The notes under the pieces are model-generated. The model made no database searches. It was not told the DNA's origin and saw only the letters and a list, made by a program, of their open reading frames with translations. This document shows, piece by piece, positions 48,183-60,677 of a stretch of 64,000 nt of DNA (the stretch's first letter is position 1; the number at the start of each line of letters is the position of its first letter). The translations under genes and the position numbers were made by a program. This DNA is from Yuukianura sp. NJ FZ-2021 (lineage: Eukaryota), in assembly GCA_046563655.1 (NCBI GenBank), contig CM102284.1:2170001-2234000 (forward strand), in the 5' to 3' direction.

Positions 48183-49203
48183 TTAATAGTCAAAGTACCC
48201 CTCATGCTCACTCTCATAAAATACCGGGTGACTCCTGTATCTGGAATGGTGGGAGTGGACGCCATGGTTTTCCCTCGTGTATGGATCTTCACAGAAACAA
48301 TTAAATAAAGTTAATTTCAGTTAATAAAATTATGTTTAAGTTAAATTTAAGTTCACTGACCTGGAACAATTGAGATGTGTTGGTCTCCAGAGACAGTGTC
48401 AACCGGCACAAGGACTTCTCCTTGGTCAGTAACATAGCCAGGCACAAGAGCTTCCATTCCGTCGTCCAGTTCTAGCCCACCACTCGGAGCTACAACTTCA
48501 TTAGAGTCAACGGTTACAACCGGCCGGACATCTTCTACGGAAGACTCGACAGAAACTGACGACTGCGCAGGTTGCGATTTTACAACGGGCTGCGCAGGAG
48601 CTTCTTTTTCGTTCTTCTGCGCAACGTTCTCCTGTCGCTTTCTGTCTTCCTCCTCCTCCTCTCCGTCATCGTCGTATTCGTCATCACCCTCCTCAGATTC
48701 GTCGTCTACGTCTTCATCCGATTCGTCATCCTCCTCCTCCTCCTCCTCTTTCTGCTTTTGAGCCTTTGGTGGTGGACCTGGACGGAATGGTGGCTAAAAA
48801 AAGCGTGAAAATTTACAAAGATTTGAAAACTGCAAGGTTTTTACCAAAAACTGAATCATTTTTTGGAAATTTTAGTTTAGTTTTTTAAACTTACCCGCTC
48901 AACAGGCTTCCCGGCAGTTTCTGGTGGTCCAACAGGCCTGGATTGTGGCACAGGCGCGTTCGATGGCTGCGTTTCCTTTGGAGCTGGTTCCACAATTGGC
49001 GCAGCTACAACGGTCTCCTGTTGGCCAACTTTTTCCTGTCGTCCCCGCGGTTCATCAGCGTCTTCCAGCGTCGGAAGATACTTGTAGTTTGACCTAGCCG
49101 GAGCATTATGTCTGTTATGCGACGTTACGTGATGTTGTTTCGCTGGACCTGGAGCGGCAAAGGAACAGGCGACAAGACAACAAATAACCAGCCAGCGTTC
49201 CAT
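48183..49203 (-). CDS. Secreted low-complexity protein with Pro-rich, poly-Asp/Glu and His/Tyr-rich segments (3 exons)
   Basis: Exons 49203-~48896, ~48793-48361 and ~48286-48183. They give signal MERWLVICCLVACSFA, EEEEEEDDESDEDVDDESEEGDDEYDDDGEEEEED and the end HGVHSHHSRYRSHPVFYESEHEGYFDY*. Confidence 0.75.
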
Positions 49204-49775
49204 TTAAAAATTTTACAAGGTCAATGACCTGGAGATTTCAGAAAACTAACAAAATCCCAAAATTGTTGAACAACTGAGAGTGAAAGTGCGACTGGCGGAA
49301 TTCTGAAGATGATCTTCTCATTTTTTACTTTTAGAGAGATCACCTTGACTCGGGTCGTCACTCTTTGCAAAACAACCGGATTTTAGTGTAGCTGGTTCTG
49401 GTTTCAATTCATTTTCAGTTGATTCATATCTGAACAAGGTATTAAGAGTCAACGCCCAGCCACTAACCTCTCAACGACTTCTGCTTCCAAACACAACTTT
49501 TTCATCATCAAAATTTAAAAAAAAGAGAAAAACTTGTTTAGATGCGAAGTCCAAATGTTTTCACACTAATATTTAGTAGTACAAATAAAATTCAAATTGT
49601 TTTTTTTAATCTTTGTAAAAATGAGCCTAGTGTTGGCACCGCTAAATGTGAAAAAGTTAAAGCATTTGTATTCATTTTTCCTTGGTTAAAGTGAAGCATG
49701 ACTTAGTAAATGCACTTTTCAGTTTTTGGTAACAAAAATTGGAAAAAGTGTTTTTGAAGTTTTCAAAATTAAAAT

Positions 49776-52700
49776 TCAAAGTTTCGTTTCTTGTCCCAGA
49801 ATGCGTGGACGGAGTACTTCCATGGCCGAAACAGAGTTACTTTTTCCAGGACTTCCTTTCAGTGCAGTAGCAGTTAGTAGACGCTTGAAATGAGACAGTG
49901 ACGTTTTGGGGCGAAGTGAGACTTTGGACGACGACGTTGGTTGCGACTGCGGTGCAACTGAAGAAAAACTGACAGTCTTTTGAGTTGAAGCAGACGAAGA
50001 GCGACTGGGTTCTCTGAGAGACGAAAAAAGTAAACGCCGTTGTACAGAGGCTGCAGGAATTTGTTCGAATTTGACCAGTTTTGAGTCAGATCTAGTCTGA
50101 ATTTCCGTTTTCTTTGGATTTTCGGCGGGAATTTGAGGTTTCGATTTTCCAAGTGGCGTTGTAAAAGCGGTTTCACGTAACGGAGCCACCGTGGGGCCAG
50201 TTCTAGGTGGGACTTGTGGTGGGGCTTGTGTAGAACAGAGTTTTCGTGAGAGAGCGATTGGTTCGATGTTGAATTTCTTGCGGAAGGTGTAAATTTGTTT
50301 GCTGATTTCCTCCATAGTGGGCGGGGATTCTGAAGATTGTTTAACATTTTTTATTGAAAAGTGATTTATTGGTGCAAATTGCTGCAAAGGTGCGTTGTTT
50401 TTGCCAAAACCATGCACGTAGTAAAGCCAACACAAATTTATGCAAAAACGACAACACAAACCGCAAAAGCCAAAATTTTTAGAAAACAACCACAAATGAT
50501 TGAGTTAAATTAAAATTAGACCGCGGAAGAGTGAACCAATTAATTGGCTCACAACGTGATTAGTTCTTATTCATTCCCAATCTAAAATGCTAGTGGTAGT
50601 GGAAATTACAGGCCACAAGAAGGAACTTTTGTATCGTGTACATAAATACAAACTATTTCAAAGATTATACCGTATAAGATTGTCTTTCAAAATTCTAAAC
50701 ATGTTAGTTGCATTTGAAATTTTGAAGAAAAAAATTGAATAAATTGAGAAATTTGAAATATTGAAATACGTTAACTTGTTATTAAAAAAAGTCATATTGT
50801 GTTAAATTAATGTTAAAAATACCAGCAAACAATTTTTTTTCACAGTTTTCAAAAATGGGAAAACAAAAAGAAAACTAGAAAACTAGAGAGCAAAGCGTGT
50901 TTTTTTTAAGAAGCGCGAAGCAAGAAGCATAAAATAACTTGGAGTTAGTGAATTAGTCAAAACGCATGTTTCGAAACTGGGCATGTTTAAAAAGCGTTTT
51001 TTTTACCAAATGTCAGTATAAATTAGTTTACCTCGACTACGCAGAAAGGATGGCCTGTCTTCTGGTGACACTGGAAACTTGGACGGAGACATTTTGTTTT
51101 GATGTGACATATTTAGAACTTGTTGAATGAAAGCGGGATCTTCTTCAGGAATGTCACGATCTCTACCCTTCCATTTTGGATCTTCGGAAGCAGTCGACAT
51201 TCGCTCGGGAACACTCGGAAGTTGGTTAGCAGTATTTTTAACAACTTTGACCTCGTCTGTCGCCATTCGGTAACTTTCGTTCCGTTTGAGACAATCTTTA
51301 ATTTTTGGAAGTGTTTTTAAATCTGGCATCACGGGAGGAATGGCCGAGTCCAAATCCGTTTCTAAAAGTCTTGCATCTTGGCTATATTGTGTTTCAAAAT
51401 TTTGAGTTTCTGAATTTTGAACTTTTGAAGAATTGTGAACACTAGTGGTGGTAGGCTGTTCGTAGAGCAGAGCAGAGGCTTCGCTTTGTCTCAAATTATG
51501 TAACCGTATTTCTTGAATGCAGTCGTACAAGTCTTCGGCTCCTTCCGACTGTTTACGGAGACGATCGTACACAGATTCGCCTTGTCTCGGCAATGCGTCG
51601 TAAATGACAGTCTTCACGGCTTTTCCTGGATCAAAAGACACTTTGTGCCTGCGTTTGCGTCGGAGAGTTTCGGAAGAGAAAATAATTTCTCCACTTGCAT
51701 CTAGAACGACTCTCGCTCCACGGATTTTGGCGCTTGAATTTGAATCCGTCTTGGGCGTGACCTGGTCACGAGACTCCGTGACCTCAAAATCACGTTGCTC
51801 TTCTCTTCTGGATGAAGAGGCCAAGAGGATTGGTGATTCCAAGGAACAATATTCTCTGGCAGAGTCAAGCTTCGTAGTTGCGGGTTTGAGGGTTACCTAT
51901 TCCACAAAAAATCAGAAATCAGAAAACCATTTTCAAAATTTTGTAGAAAATCAGAGAATGAAGTAAAACCGTACTTGATAGACGTCTGCAATGACATCGG
52001 GTTGCGGTAGAGTTGGAATCGGGTGGGCGTCACGCAACGTTTCAGTGCTGCCGTGACTTATACTGCTCAAAGTACTGCTGCTGTAACTACTTGTTCGTTT
52101 CAGTTGCTCCAGAAGTTCGTCTTCTTCACGATTTGTTTGAAAATCGTCCGATTCACTTCCCGCGCCAGATTCGAAATCTTTGTCTTTTGGCGGGGGGCTG
52201 GAAGAGGAACACGATGGCGACGGAGTTACGACAACCAGAGACGGAATTCGCTCAATGAGAGACTTCCGTTTTACGCGTTCTTCTAAATCGCCATCATTCT
52301 AAAAAATATTTTTGTAATCTTGTTTTTTTTATAAAAATTTCTAAACTTAAGTGTTTTTTGTTTATAATTTTGCTTTTTTTTATTACCATTTGGTTTTTGT
52401 CTGTTTGTGACGAGTCTGGGTTGGACGGAAGTTCCAGTTTCTGACGCATGACAACAGTGCCACATGAACTGGCTGTGGTGCTTGTCGATCCTTTTCCGAA
52501 CAGCTCGTAGTCTTCTTCGACTCCATTCGACTGATTTTCAGTTGCGTCTGAAGATTTTGTTCTTTTTAATTTAGGAAAGCCACATTCGTTTCTGAACGAC
52601 GTGAAATAGCCTTCGGTGTCCACCGAATCGGAGTCAGACACCATTCCATCCTATATTCAATTAAAAAACGTTTTTTTTTTTAAAAAAGCATAACGTTTTT

Positions 52701-55700
52701 TTTTAATTCCGCTCAGAATTTGGTAATTTTTCGTCGGAATCCTTGTAATTTTATGTTACCGTAAAGTTTTCGAGCTGCGGAGTTAGCGTTCTGTCTTCAT
52801 CGTCAAAGAAGAATTCAGATGAATTTGAATTTTTTTCCCACGGAAACTGAATGTCGTCTCCACCACGAGATGGCGTTGAAGTGCTCCAATGTCCGGAGTC
52901 TCCTCCATACTTTCGGTGGTTTGGTGTGTCGAAAGTCGTTGCCGGAGTTACTGAGCTCATACTTGTCTGGACGCCGCACCTTTAACACAAAAATGTATTA
53001 AAAACGCGGGAAAATACGCAGGAAGCATTAAAATGAATGACTTCAGAAAATGGGACAAAAGACTTAGTTAAACGTTGAAGTTTCTTTAAAAGTCAATTTG
53101 GTCACGACCAGGAAATTTTTTTGAAAACGTTCTTTGTTGTTTATGTGAAAGGAATGTGGGAATGTGACGGTCAAAGCTCGTTTTTGTTCGATTGTTGTTA
53201 GTTTTTGTCGGTTATTTTTTTCAATTGTTGATGGATTTTTGTTACTCTTTGTTAGGGAGTGATCCACAGATTGTATTTCTCCGTTTCTTTCTTATTCTTT
53301 TAGTGTAGACGAGGAGTGACCTTCGGTTGGCTCTCATGCGGTCGAAGATGGATCCTGTCACATCTACCGAAACCAAAACTTCCCCTGGGAACTTCTTTGA
53401 AACTCCCGCTTCCTTCTTCTGTTTTTCATCCCTCAACTCCACCACATGTCCCTCCTGCCAAAAAATTAAAACACTTCATTAAAGCAGCCCACAGGCTTAG
53501 CAGTACCGTACAACTCCAAATACAGCTCCGAAATACTTCTGTCTTAAAAAAATATTTGAAAGAGGTAAAGGATGAAAACAGAAACTGGATCTGAGTAATC
53601 CCGGAAAGCTTCAGAAAAACTTCGGACTTTATTTGGAACTTTACGCTACTCGCATATCTTTTCCCGGAGTTTTGTGTGTTCTGGAACCCTTCAAATTTCC
53701 CCCTCCTGAAACGATAGCACGCGACTCACTTAAAAATAATGCATTTCTCTTCTCCCATGATTTCCCAAAATAGGACTCTATTTTTCAAAATTCACATGGG
53801 ACAAGGGAGTGGCACAAGGGGAAAACAAACTGCTTTTTTTTTACTTTCCCGGGAGATTTGAAAAAAAAAAAGTTGGACGGTGGAAGTGAACTTGAACTTA
53901 CACAGGAACTTTCGGAAGTGCATGCCACCTCTACAGCTGCTTCATTTGGATTTGGTTTCCGCGGAGGAGCTTTCGGTGGAAACTTTGTCGCTTCTTGGTA
54001 TAATTTTACCAAAAATGGAGGTCTCGAGTCGTTCAAAAACAGTCGGCAGTCCAATGGTTCACATTGCCTAAGTCGAAATTGTCCGAAGTCTCCGTTTCCA
54101 TTGAGGTCAAGGGTCCCCTCGGCTGAAAAACAAAAAAAAATGAAATTTTCAAATTTTAAAGTTGCCGCATCTGGAGAAAATTTGAGTCATGTGAGATGTG
54201 ATGGTTGGTGATTAAATTAAAACTTGAAAATCCCGCTGCGACTTTAAATTGTTTTGTAATGGTCATGCATTAAAATGGAAAAGGAACCGCGGGGAAGATG
54301 AGAATTTGAAAAATTTGAAATATAATTTTCAAAAAGTGACACATTACAAAAACCACCCTGCAGCAAGTCATGTTCTTCTGTCAATTCTCAAACCCGCAGA
54401 CACAAGAACACTTTCGAAATTTTATAGTTCTGAAAGAAGATGGACGAATTTTAACTTCTGCAACTTGAAAACTTTGTTCCCACGTTGGCTTTTGAGTCTA
54501 ATAAAATTCGTCATGCTCATAAAATCGTCAGTTTTTAGTGTTTTAACAAACCAAAAACTTTTGGAATTGTTTTGAACTGTGACTTTTGAAATTCCCTGAA
54601 ACTCGCGCAGTTACGACCGAGTTTGAATTGGTTTATGGAATGCTCAGCAACTGTGAAGATCAGAGTTAGATATTTCTGACTCTTCCGCTTAATAGTCGTC
54701 CACTCTTGGTTAATTAGACTCTGACTGTAAATTAATGCATCTTCGCATGGCTGGAAACATTTCAATTGTTTGTTCAATCTCCCTGGGGGGAAGTGGTCAG
54801 AAATTCCAATCTCACGTTAAAAGGCTTCTCTCAGGAGAAGGAACGAAAACAGCCTAGTCATAATTTAACATTTGAAATTCCCTCCTCAAGGACATTCAAA
54901 AAAAAAATCTCTCCGTCTCCCGCTAAAAATAAAACTAAAGTCTTAAAAATCAAGTCTCTGTTTTTTGCAACTGGACTGGAAGAAAAAATGTTCACGCTTC
55001 GAGCTTCATAAAAATCTTTACGCCACGCGAAAGAAAAAAATCTTCGCCAAAGATTCTGTTCTGCTCATTTGTTTTTTTTTTCTAACTAGAAGCCACGAAC
55101 CATAGCTTAGACATGATCAATCTTTGTTCCTCTCAAATACATTTCTGAGTCATGAGTTCAAATCTTATGTTTACATTTTACAACTTTCAGACACTTTTTT
55201 AGAAATGCAAAAAAAAAAAGAAGTTTAGTAATGTTTTGAAAAGTCATGCTACGTTTTAAACATTACATTAAAGTCATTTTTGTTGCTACAAACACTTTTA
55301 AGGAATTGAAATTTCTTGGATTCCTTTGTTCTTTTTTCCTTTCAAACCTTTTTGTGTGTAAATTTTGAAACCTTCTGTTTAAATTTACAAATCTTCTGCC
55401 TCCCATGCTCACAAATATGGAAAAGACGTTCTTTTCTTAATTCATCTCCTAATTGTTTTTAAAACTCACGCGGAATACTTTTTATCACCCACATCAACTT
55501 TTAAGTTGCATAACAAAACTCCCGCCCTCCAATTCCATTGTTCTCGTCGTTCCTTTGTTTCAATTCGTCATTTTTAACACTTTTAACTTATTTTATGTAT
55601 TAAGTAGGGAAAGATACTTCATATGTATCTGCCTTGTTTGTGTCTGTCTGTCTGGCCCTCTGTTCGTTAGCGGCAGTTAGCTCGGAAAGAGATATAAATT

Positions 55701-56246
55701 TCCGAAATCGACTCTGTTTTTACATTCTGGCAGATTAGTTGATCAGGGATGCTTTTTATTCATTTTTGTTTGCACTGCATCAATGTTCGGGTCAAACATC
55801 AAGGTCAACTGGTAACATATCCAAAATGAGCTACACAAAGGTTGCTGCTTTCATTGACACCAAGAACTTTTGTGTTTGCTTCGTGTTATGCGTGCTGCCT
55901 TCGCTACTTTTGTATACCGCAATTACCACCGACGTGTTAAATGTCAAAAAAAAAATGTTTGCGGTTACTTACGCACTGGGATGAGCTTGGGGTCAAACAA
56001 CTCTGTCTTCACTTCCAATTCCTCCAGACGCAGACGCACATCCTGGATCTTCCCACTGACATGACCCGTGAGGTCACCAAGGTCGCTGAAGATCTCTCCA
56101 GCCAAGGTCACGAGTGAAGCCAACTGCTTGAGCACAGCTACGAGCGTTCCATTGTTGACAGCAATGAACTCAGAGTCAGTTCGGTCCAAGTCCAGTTTCT
56201 TGTTGGACAAGTGGCGAGGACTCACTCGTCGATGGACCAACGGCAT
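49776..56246 (-). CDS. Nance-Horan syndrome family actin regulator (GUK-holder/NHS-like)
   Basis: N-terminal WAVE-homology domain (MPLVHRRVSPRHL..VNNGTLVAVLKQLASL..AGEIF..FDPKLIPVPEG..LFLNDSRPPFLVKLYQEA), RIRKKRRNTICG, GDSGHWS and the NHS motif SVDTEGYFTSF. Exons near 56246-55973, 54122-53830, 53454-53245, 52978-52759, 52650-52390, 52275-51975, 51896-51032 and 50330-49776. The 3' exon structure is approximate. Confidence 0.85.
55602..55870 (+). mobile_element. DINE-1/HINE-like repeat (NHS intron 1)
   Basis: AAGTAGGGAAAGATACTT..TGTGTCTGTCTGTCTGG head, and TCGGGTCAAA..AAGGTCAAC internal segment. Confidence 0.5.
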
Positions 56247-57483
56247 TTCCCGCCAGTTAAAATTTCAAACCGAAATGATATTTTACATTTTAGTGGAGTA
56301 TTTTTGAAGTTGTGTGTCCGTTAAGCAGAAGAAGAGAACTGGAAGATGACTCAAAATCTGCTGCCCGCTTTTAGATGAATGGAGAAACAAAGAGGGAGAA
56401 TTCCTGAGGGTTGGATCCAAACACCTTTCAACTTCCAAGGGCTCACAAACTGCCCTTCAATGGCTCATTGTCTAAAGCCCACTGCACACAACACAGTCAC
56501 GGTACAACAAAATTTATGCTTTCAAGATTCAAAGTTTCAGATTCCCATTTCCACAAAAACTTGATAAACTTGCCTTCGAAAAATTCTTTCTCGAAAATTG
56601 CTTCGTCGAAAAAAATGTTTTTCAGAATTCGGAATTGTGATGAATACCAAAAAGTGAAATTTTTAAACAGAAGTCAAAATGTTTACACAACTCACTCTGA
56701 CTGCTGATCCTGTGTGAAGGGGCCTTAAGTCCTTTCTGTGCCCTGGAAGGGGTCTATGGAAATGAGGGCAGATGGAATTTACCACAAAGTGGGTCCCATG
56801 ACAACCAAAAAAAAACATACAAAAGAACTAGAAAGGAACTGCAGCACAAAAGCAAGCAACGGAGTGACGTTGACGTGGTGGGTTGATGTTGGAGACTGGT
56901 TTGTGACTAAAGTAAGTCCAAGTTCTGCGTGTTGCGTTGCGTGTTCGAGGGAAGCTCCCTTGTCTCCACTTTCATCTTCACTTGGCAACGGAACAATCCC
57001 ACCAACAATACAAATCCCAAGGCAAAAGAGCAACAATGGGATTACAGCTCAAATTAAACGCCATTCAACACTTTACTTTTGCTAACTTTTAATGAGGAGG
57101 TGCGAGTTTGCGCAATCGCGGTTTTTCACTTTACAAAACAAAATTTAATTTGATAAAGACTTATTAATTAGGCCCGCCAAAAATATTTATCTGAAAAAAA
57201 AATATTTGTTTTAAATCGGGCCAATATTTTAACACACTGGCAAGAGAAAGTAATTAAATATTTAAAAAATTAGTCACAAAAAAATTTTAAAAAAATATGA
57301 ATGTAAAATATTTGACAGACCTGTTAATAAGTTCGTAATAATTTAAGAATTTTCGGCTCAACTTTTATTCAACACTTTGGCTAATTAGGCTCGTGTGTTA
57401 ATTAGTCAACCTAATCAAAAGTTAGGCTTTAAACTCAATGTTAATTCGCTTCGTTCAGGAAATTTGGAAAAGTCTTTCGGTTT

Positions 57484-59812
57484 TTAGGAATTCGGTTCAA
57501 AAATTTTCTCACGAGTTGCGTTTTCTGAAACACTGTTGCGTTCCGTAGACAAATCGTCGTTCCCAGCAGTTCCGTCTTCAGTCTGTTCACCTTTTAAATT
57601 AAAGTAAGGTTACTAGGTTATTTGTTTAATTTAGAAAAGGTTTTAAGTAGTGTTAATTAACATAACCAACAGTGCAATACTTGTTTTAGTTAGCTTTTCA
57701 AATGTACCCGTTTCTTTATTTATGAATTCGTCCAGCAATCCTTCTTGTTTCATTGAATTGAGAACTGATGGAAGAAGCTCCAGAAAGTAAGCACTGCTCG
57801 AGTAGTCTCCTTGACCATTCGGCGGCGATTCCTTCAACTCAAGGTCCAATTCCTTCTCCAATCTCTCCTAAAAACGTTTTTTGAAAAAAAAAAGTTAAAA
57901 AAAGCGTTTTTTTTTTCAAAAGTTGATTTAAGTACTTTTTCTCTCATAATTCGTAGTTTCTCGTTTTGCAGAAATTGCAATGCTTTCTCCTCCAGCTTTC
58001 TCTCTTCCTGAAACCGATTTCGCTGCTCACGAATTGCCAGCAGTTCCTCTTCTTCTACCACTTCGGTCAAGCTCTATAAAATTTCAAAATTTCTTTAAAG
58101 TTTATATTTTTGAATTTAGAATTTTCAAATTATAATTCAGAATTTAAGAAAATGACTTACTTGCTCCAATACTTTGGCCACAATAGAATCCAGAATCGGT
58201 TCCACTTCTGTTTCAAAATCAAATAGTTCTCCAGGCAGGATCTGCGTCGACGCATCCACACCGGATTTTACATGGACATGCCTTGTATACATAGACATTG
58301 GTCGACTGTAGAGCTTGTCTGTCTGGATGTTGGCATCAGACGATGACCCCTCTGACCCCAGCTCCTCCAGAAAGTGGCGTTCTGTTTGAACCATTTCGTG
58401 CAACCTCCGCTCCGAGTCCCCCCGGGGGTGCCTCTTCACGTTACCGTTGACAGGCGGAAAAGCTTCATTGATTTTTCGTGGAACATAGGTGGCTCTCTTT
58501 TTCCTTCTCGGTGGGTCTTCATTAGCGGGTTTGGGTGGATTCTGTTACAAAGTTATTAGGAAATAAAAATAAATCAGGGAGTACATAAGTAGCGAAAGAT
58601 ATGAATTTAGTTTTAAGCCGGCCTATTTACGCTCGATTTCACCGACTGCAAAAGTCAATGAAATGGGGATAGAAAAGTTGACCTTTGACCCAGCAGGAGT
58701 CGATCTTTTACCTCTTGCCTGATACATGCCTGTCACAGGCCTGATACATGCTATGCACATAAGTTGTTGGTCTTTATGAGACGAACAACCTTTGTATTTA
58801 GTTATTCAAGGTTACCGGGGATGACAATTGGCTGACCTTGACCTATGAACTTTGCAGGAATTTCCCCGTGGGGATGCTTACTTAATAGATAGTAGGCCGG
58901 GGTAATCAAAAGTTGAAAGAAATTCCGGAAATTTGTTGCATTCACCGAGATACTTAGTTGCCGCCGACAACACGTACACAGATAATAAGCATGAGACAGA
59001 CGGACAGATAAGGTCAATGTACAAAGTAGCTGTTGCTATTTAATAAATTATGTTTTGCAGTATTTGTTTTTCCAAGAAGAAAAAGTTTTCAAATGAAGTC
59101 ATCGAACCGGAAAAGGCATTTGAGCGGCAAAATCCAAAAATCAATTGGGATAAAATCCAAAATTGGAAATTGATTTGCACTTACCCCTGTGACGTATTCT
59201 GCTTTGACTTTGATTGTACTCCCTCGCACGACATGGGGATCCCACATCAAATTGAAGTAGTCATGCACACCACGAGGTCTACAAAACAAAAATGCATCAT
59301 CAAAATTTATAGACAATCAGGGAAATTTTCGAATCAAATTTTTCCTAAAACTTGCAGCATAGCCAGATAACACTAGGTATTCGACATTAACCAATTACAT
59401 TTCAACAAACAGAAATAAAACACGAGTAAACAAATTCTCAAGCATACATTAACTCTATTCAAGAATTAATCTAAAACCTGTTTGAATTTTCCAGTGACTC
59501 TTGCCGCACCCCAGGCGAGGAGTGGCTCTGTTTTTTGAGCGCGGGAACAGGGCGCGGTCGGCTGGAAAAAGTAAAAACGTTTCGTGCTTCGAACAAGTCA
59601 AACTTCGAAGGCAGAAACTTCCCTTTGGTGACCGTTGTGATGAAGGGAGGTCGCAGGGCCAGTTCGTCCTTGAAACTTTTGCCCCCCGTCGTAGGTACAC
59701 TTTTGTTGTTGCTCCCCCGACCTCCCTCTCCCCCTGGGGAAGCGGGGGTCAGCGGTGACGGGGAGTATTTGACTGTTGTGGTGGACTGACACACAACATA
59801 GTGGCCCTGCAT
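57484..59812 (-). CDS. RSPH3: Radial spoke head protein 3 homolog
   Basis: Exons give VFTFSSRPRPV, NLMWDPHVVRGST, VQTERHFLEEL, IQTDKLYSRP, KSGVDASTQILPGELFDFETEVEPILDSIVAKVLEQSLTEVVEEEELLAIREQRNRF and LLPSVLNSMKQEG. Terminal exons less certain. Confidence 0.92.
58620..59044 (-). mobile_element. DINE-1/HINE-like repeat (RSPH3 intron)
   Basis: GAGACAGACGGACAGATAAGGTCAATGTACAAAGTAGCTGTTGCTATT end; internal TTGACCTTTGACCC and TGACCTTGACC. Confidence 0.6.
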
Positions 59813-60677
59813 GTCTCCACCAGAAACAACACTAATCAGGCCCGTCTAAGAAGGAACTGTTTTTGGATTGATTTCTGTGTGGCCCATTTGTCCCATTTGC
59901 CAAGAATATCGATTGGCCACTCCAATATTAAACCGTCTCCAATTGGACAAAGAAAGTGCAAGTTCTTTTGGCGACAGCAACTAAATCATACACTCAACCT
60001 GAATACCCATGCACTTTGTGAAAGTACATTTTCAAAAACAAATGTAAGGTTAACCTACTAAAGTTATCAGCATTTTCAAAAAAAAAAATTAATAGAAACT
60101 AAGATTGTTTCAGAACTTACAAAATTTTGATTCTAAAGCCTAGTATTTTTTTCTACTATTAGCTGACCCTTTGTGTATAAAAGTTGATGATACACTGTTA
60201 TATTTAAATTGTTACAGAATCGTTACATACCTTGAAAGATTGTTTCTGTACCGGAGATGAGTTCGTGCCGGAAAATGAAACGGTTTCGGTGGACTTGAAT
60301 AGCTGAAGTAAAAAGCAGCCTGATTGGCACCATTATTAGTATTTCGGAATCGGTCCGGTACAAAGTCCAAGTTTCCCACCATTTTTATGGAATTAAATTA
60401 CGGTTTTATATTATGTATTTTATATTACAGAGTAACTCACTCAAAGACAACAAAAGACTAAAATAATCTTCAAGAACTTTGGTTTCTCATGCCCATAGGC
60501 CACAGTTTCGATCAAACATATTGATGTCACTTTCCGGAATTTTTGAAAAAGAAAACGCGAGAAAAACCTTGCTGAAACATAAAGTGAGGGTTGCATTTTC
60601 AAAAATTTTTCAATTCCATTCCTGGAGCAGATATACATCAAAATCGCAGTGTTTGTTTTTCCATTTTGAAGAGCGGA

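Noticed and set aside
48572-48808. Very hydrophobic plus-strand ORF (LLLLLLFLLL)
   Set aside because: Antisense shadow of the poly-Glu/Asp exon on the minus strand.
56379-57085. Several 60-115 aa ORFs upstream of the NHS-like start
   Set aside because: No homology cues; most likely 5'UTR, intron or promoter sequence.
57161-57330. Possible small MITE (TTATTAATTAGGCCCGCCAAAAATATTT ... AAATATTTGACAGACCTGTTAATAA)
   Set aside because: The inverted repeat is short, AT-rich and mismatched; too weak to call.
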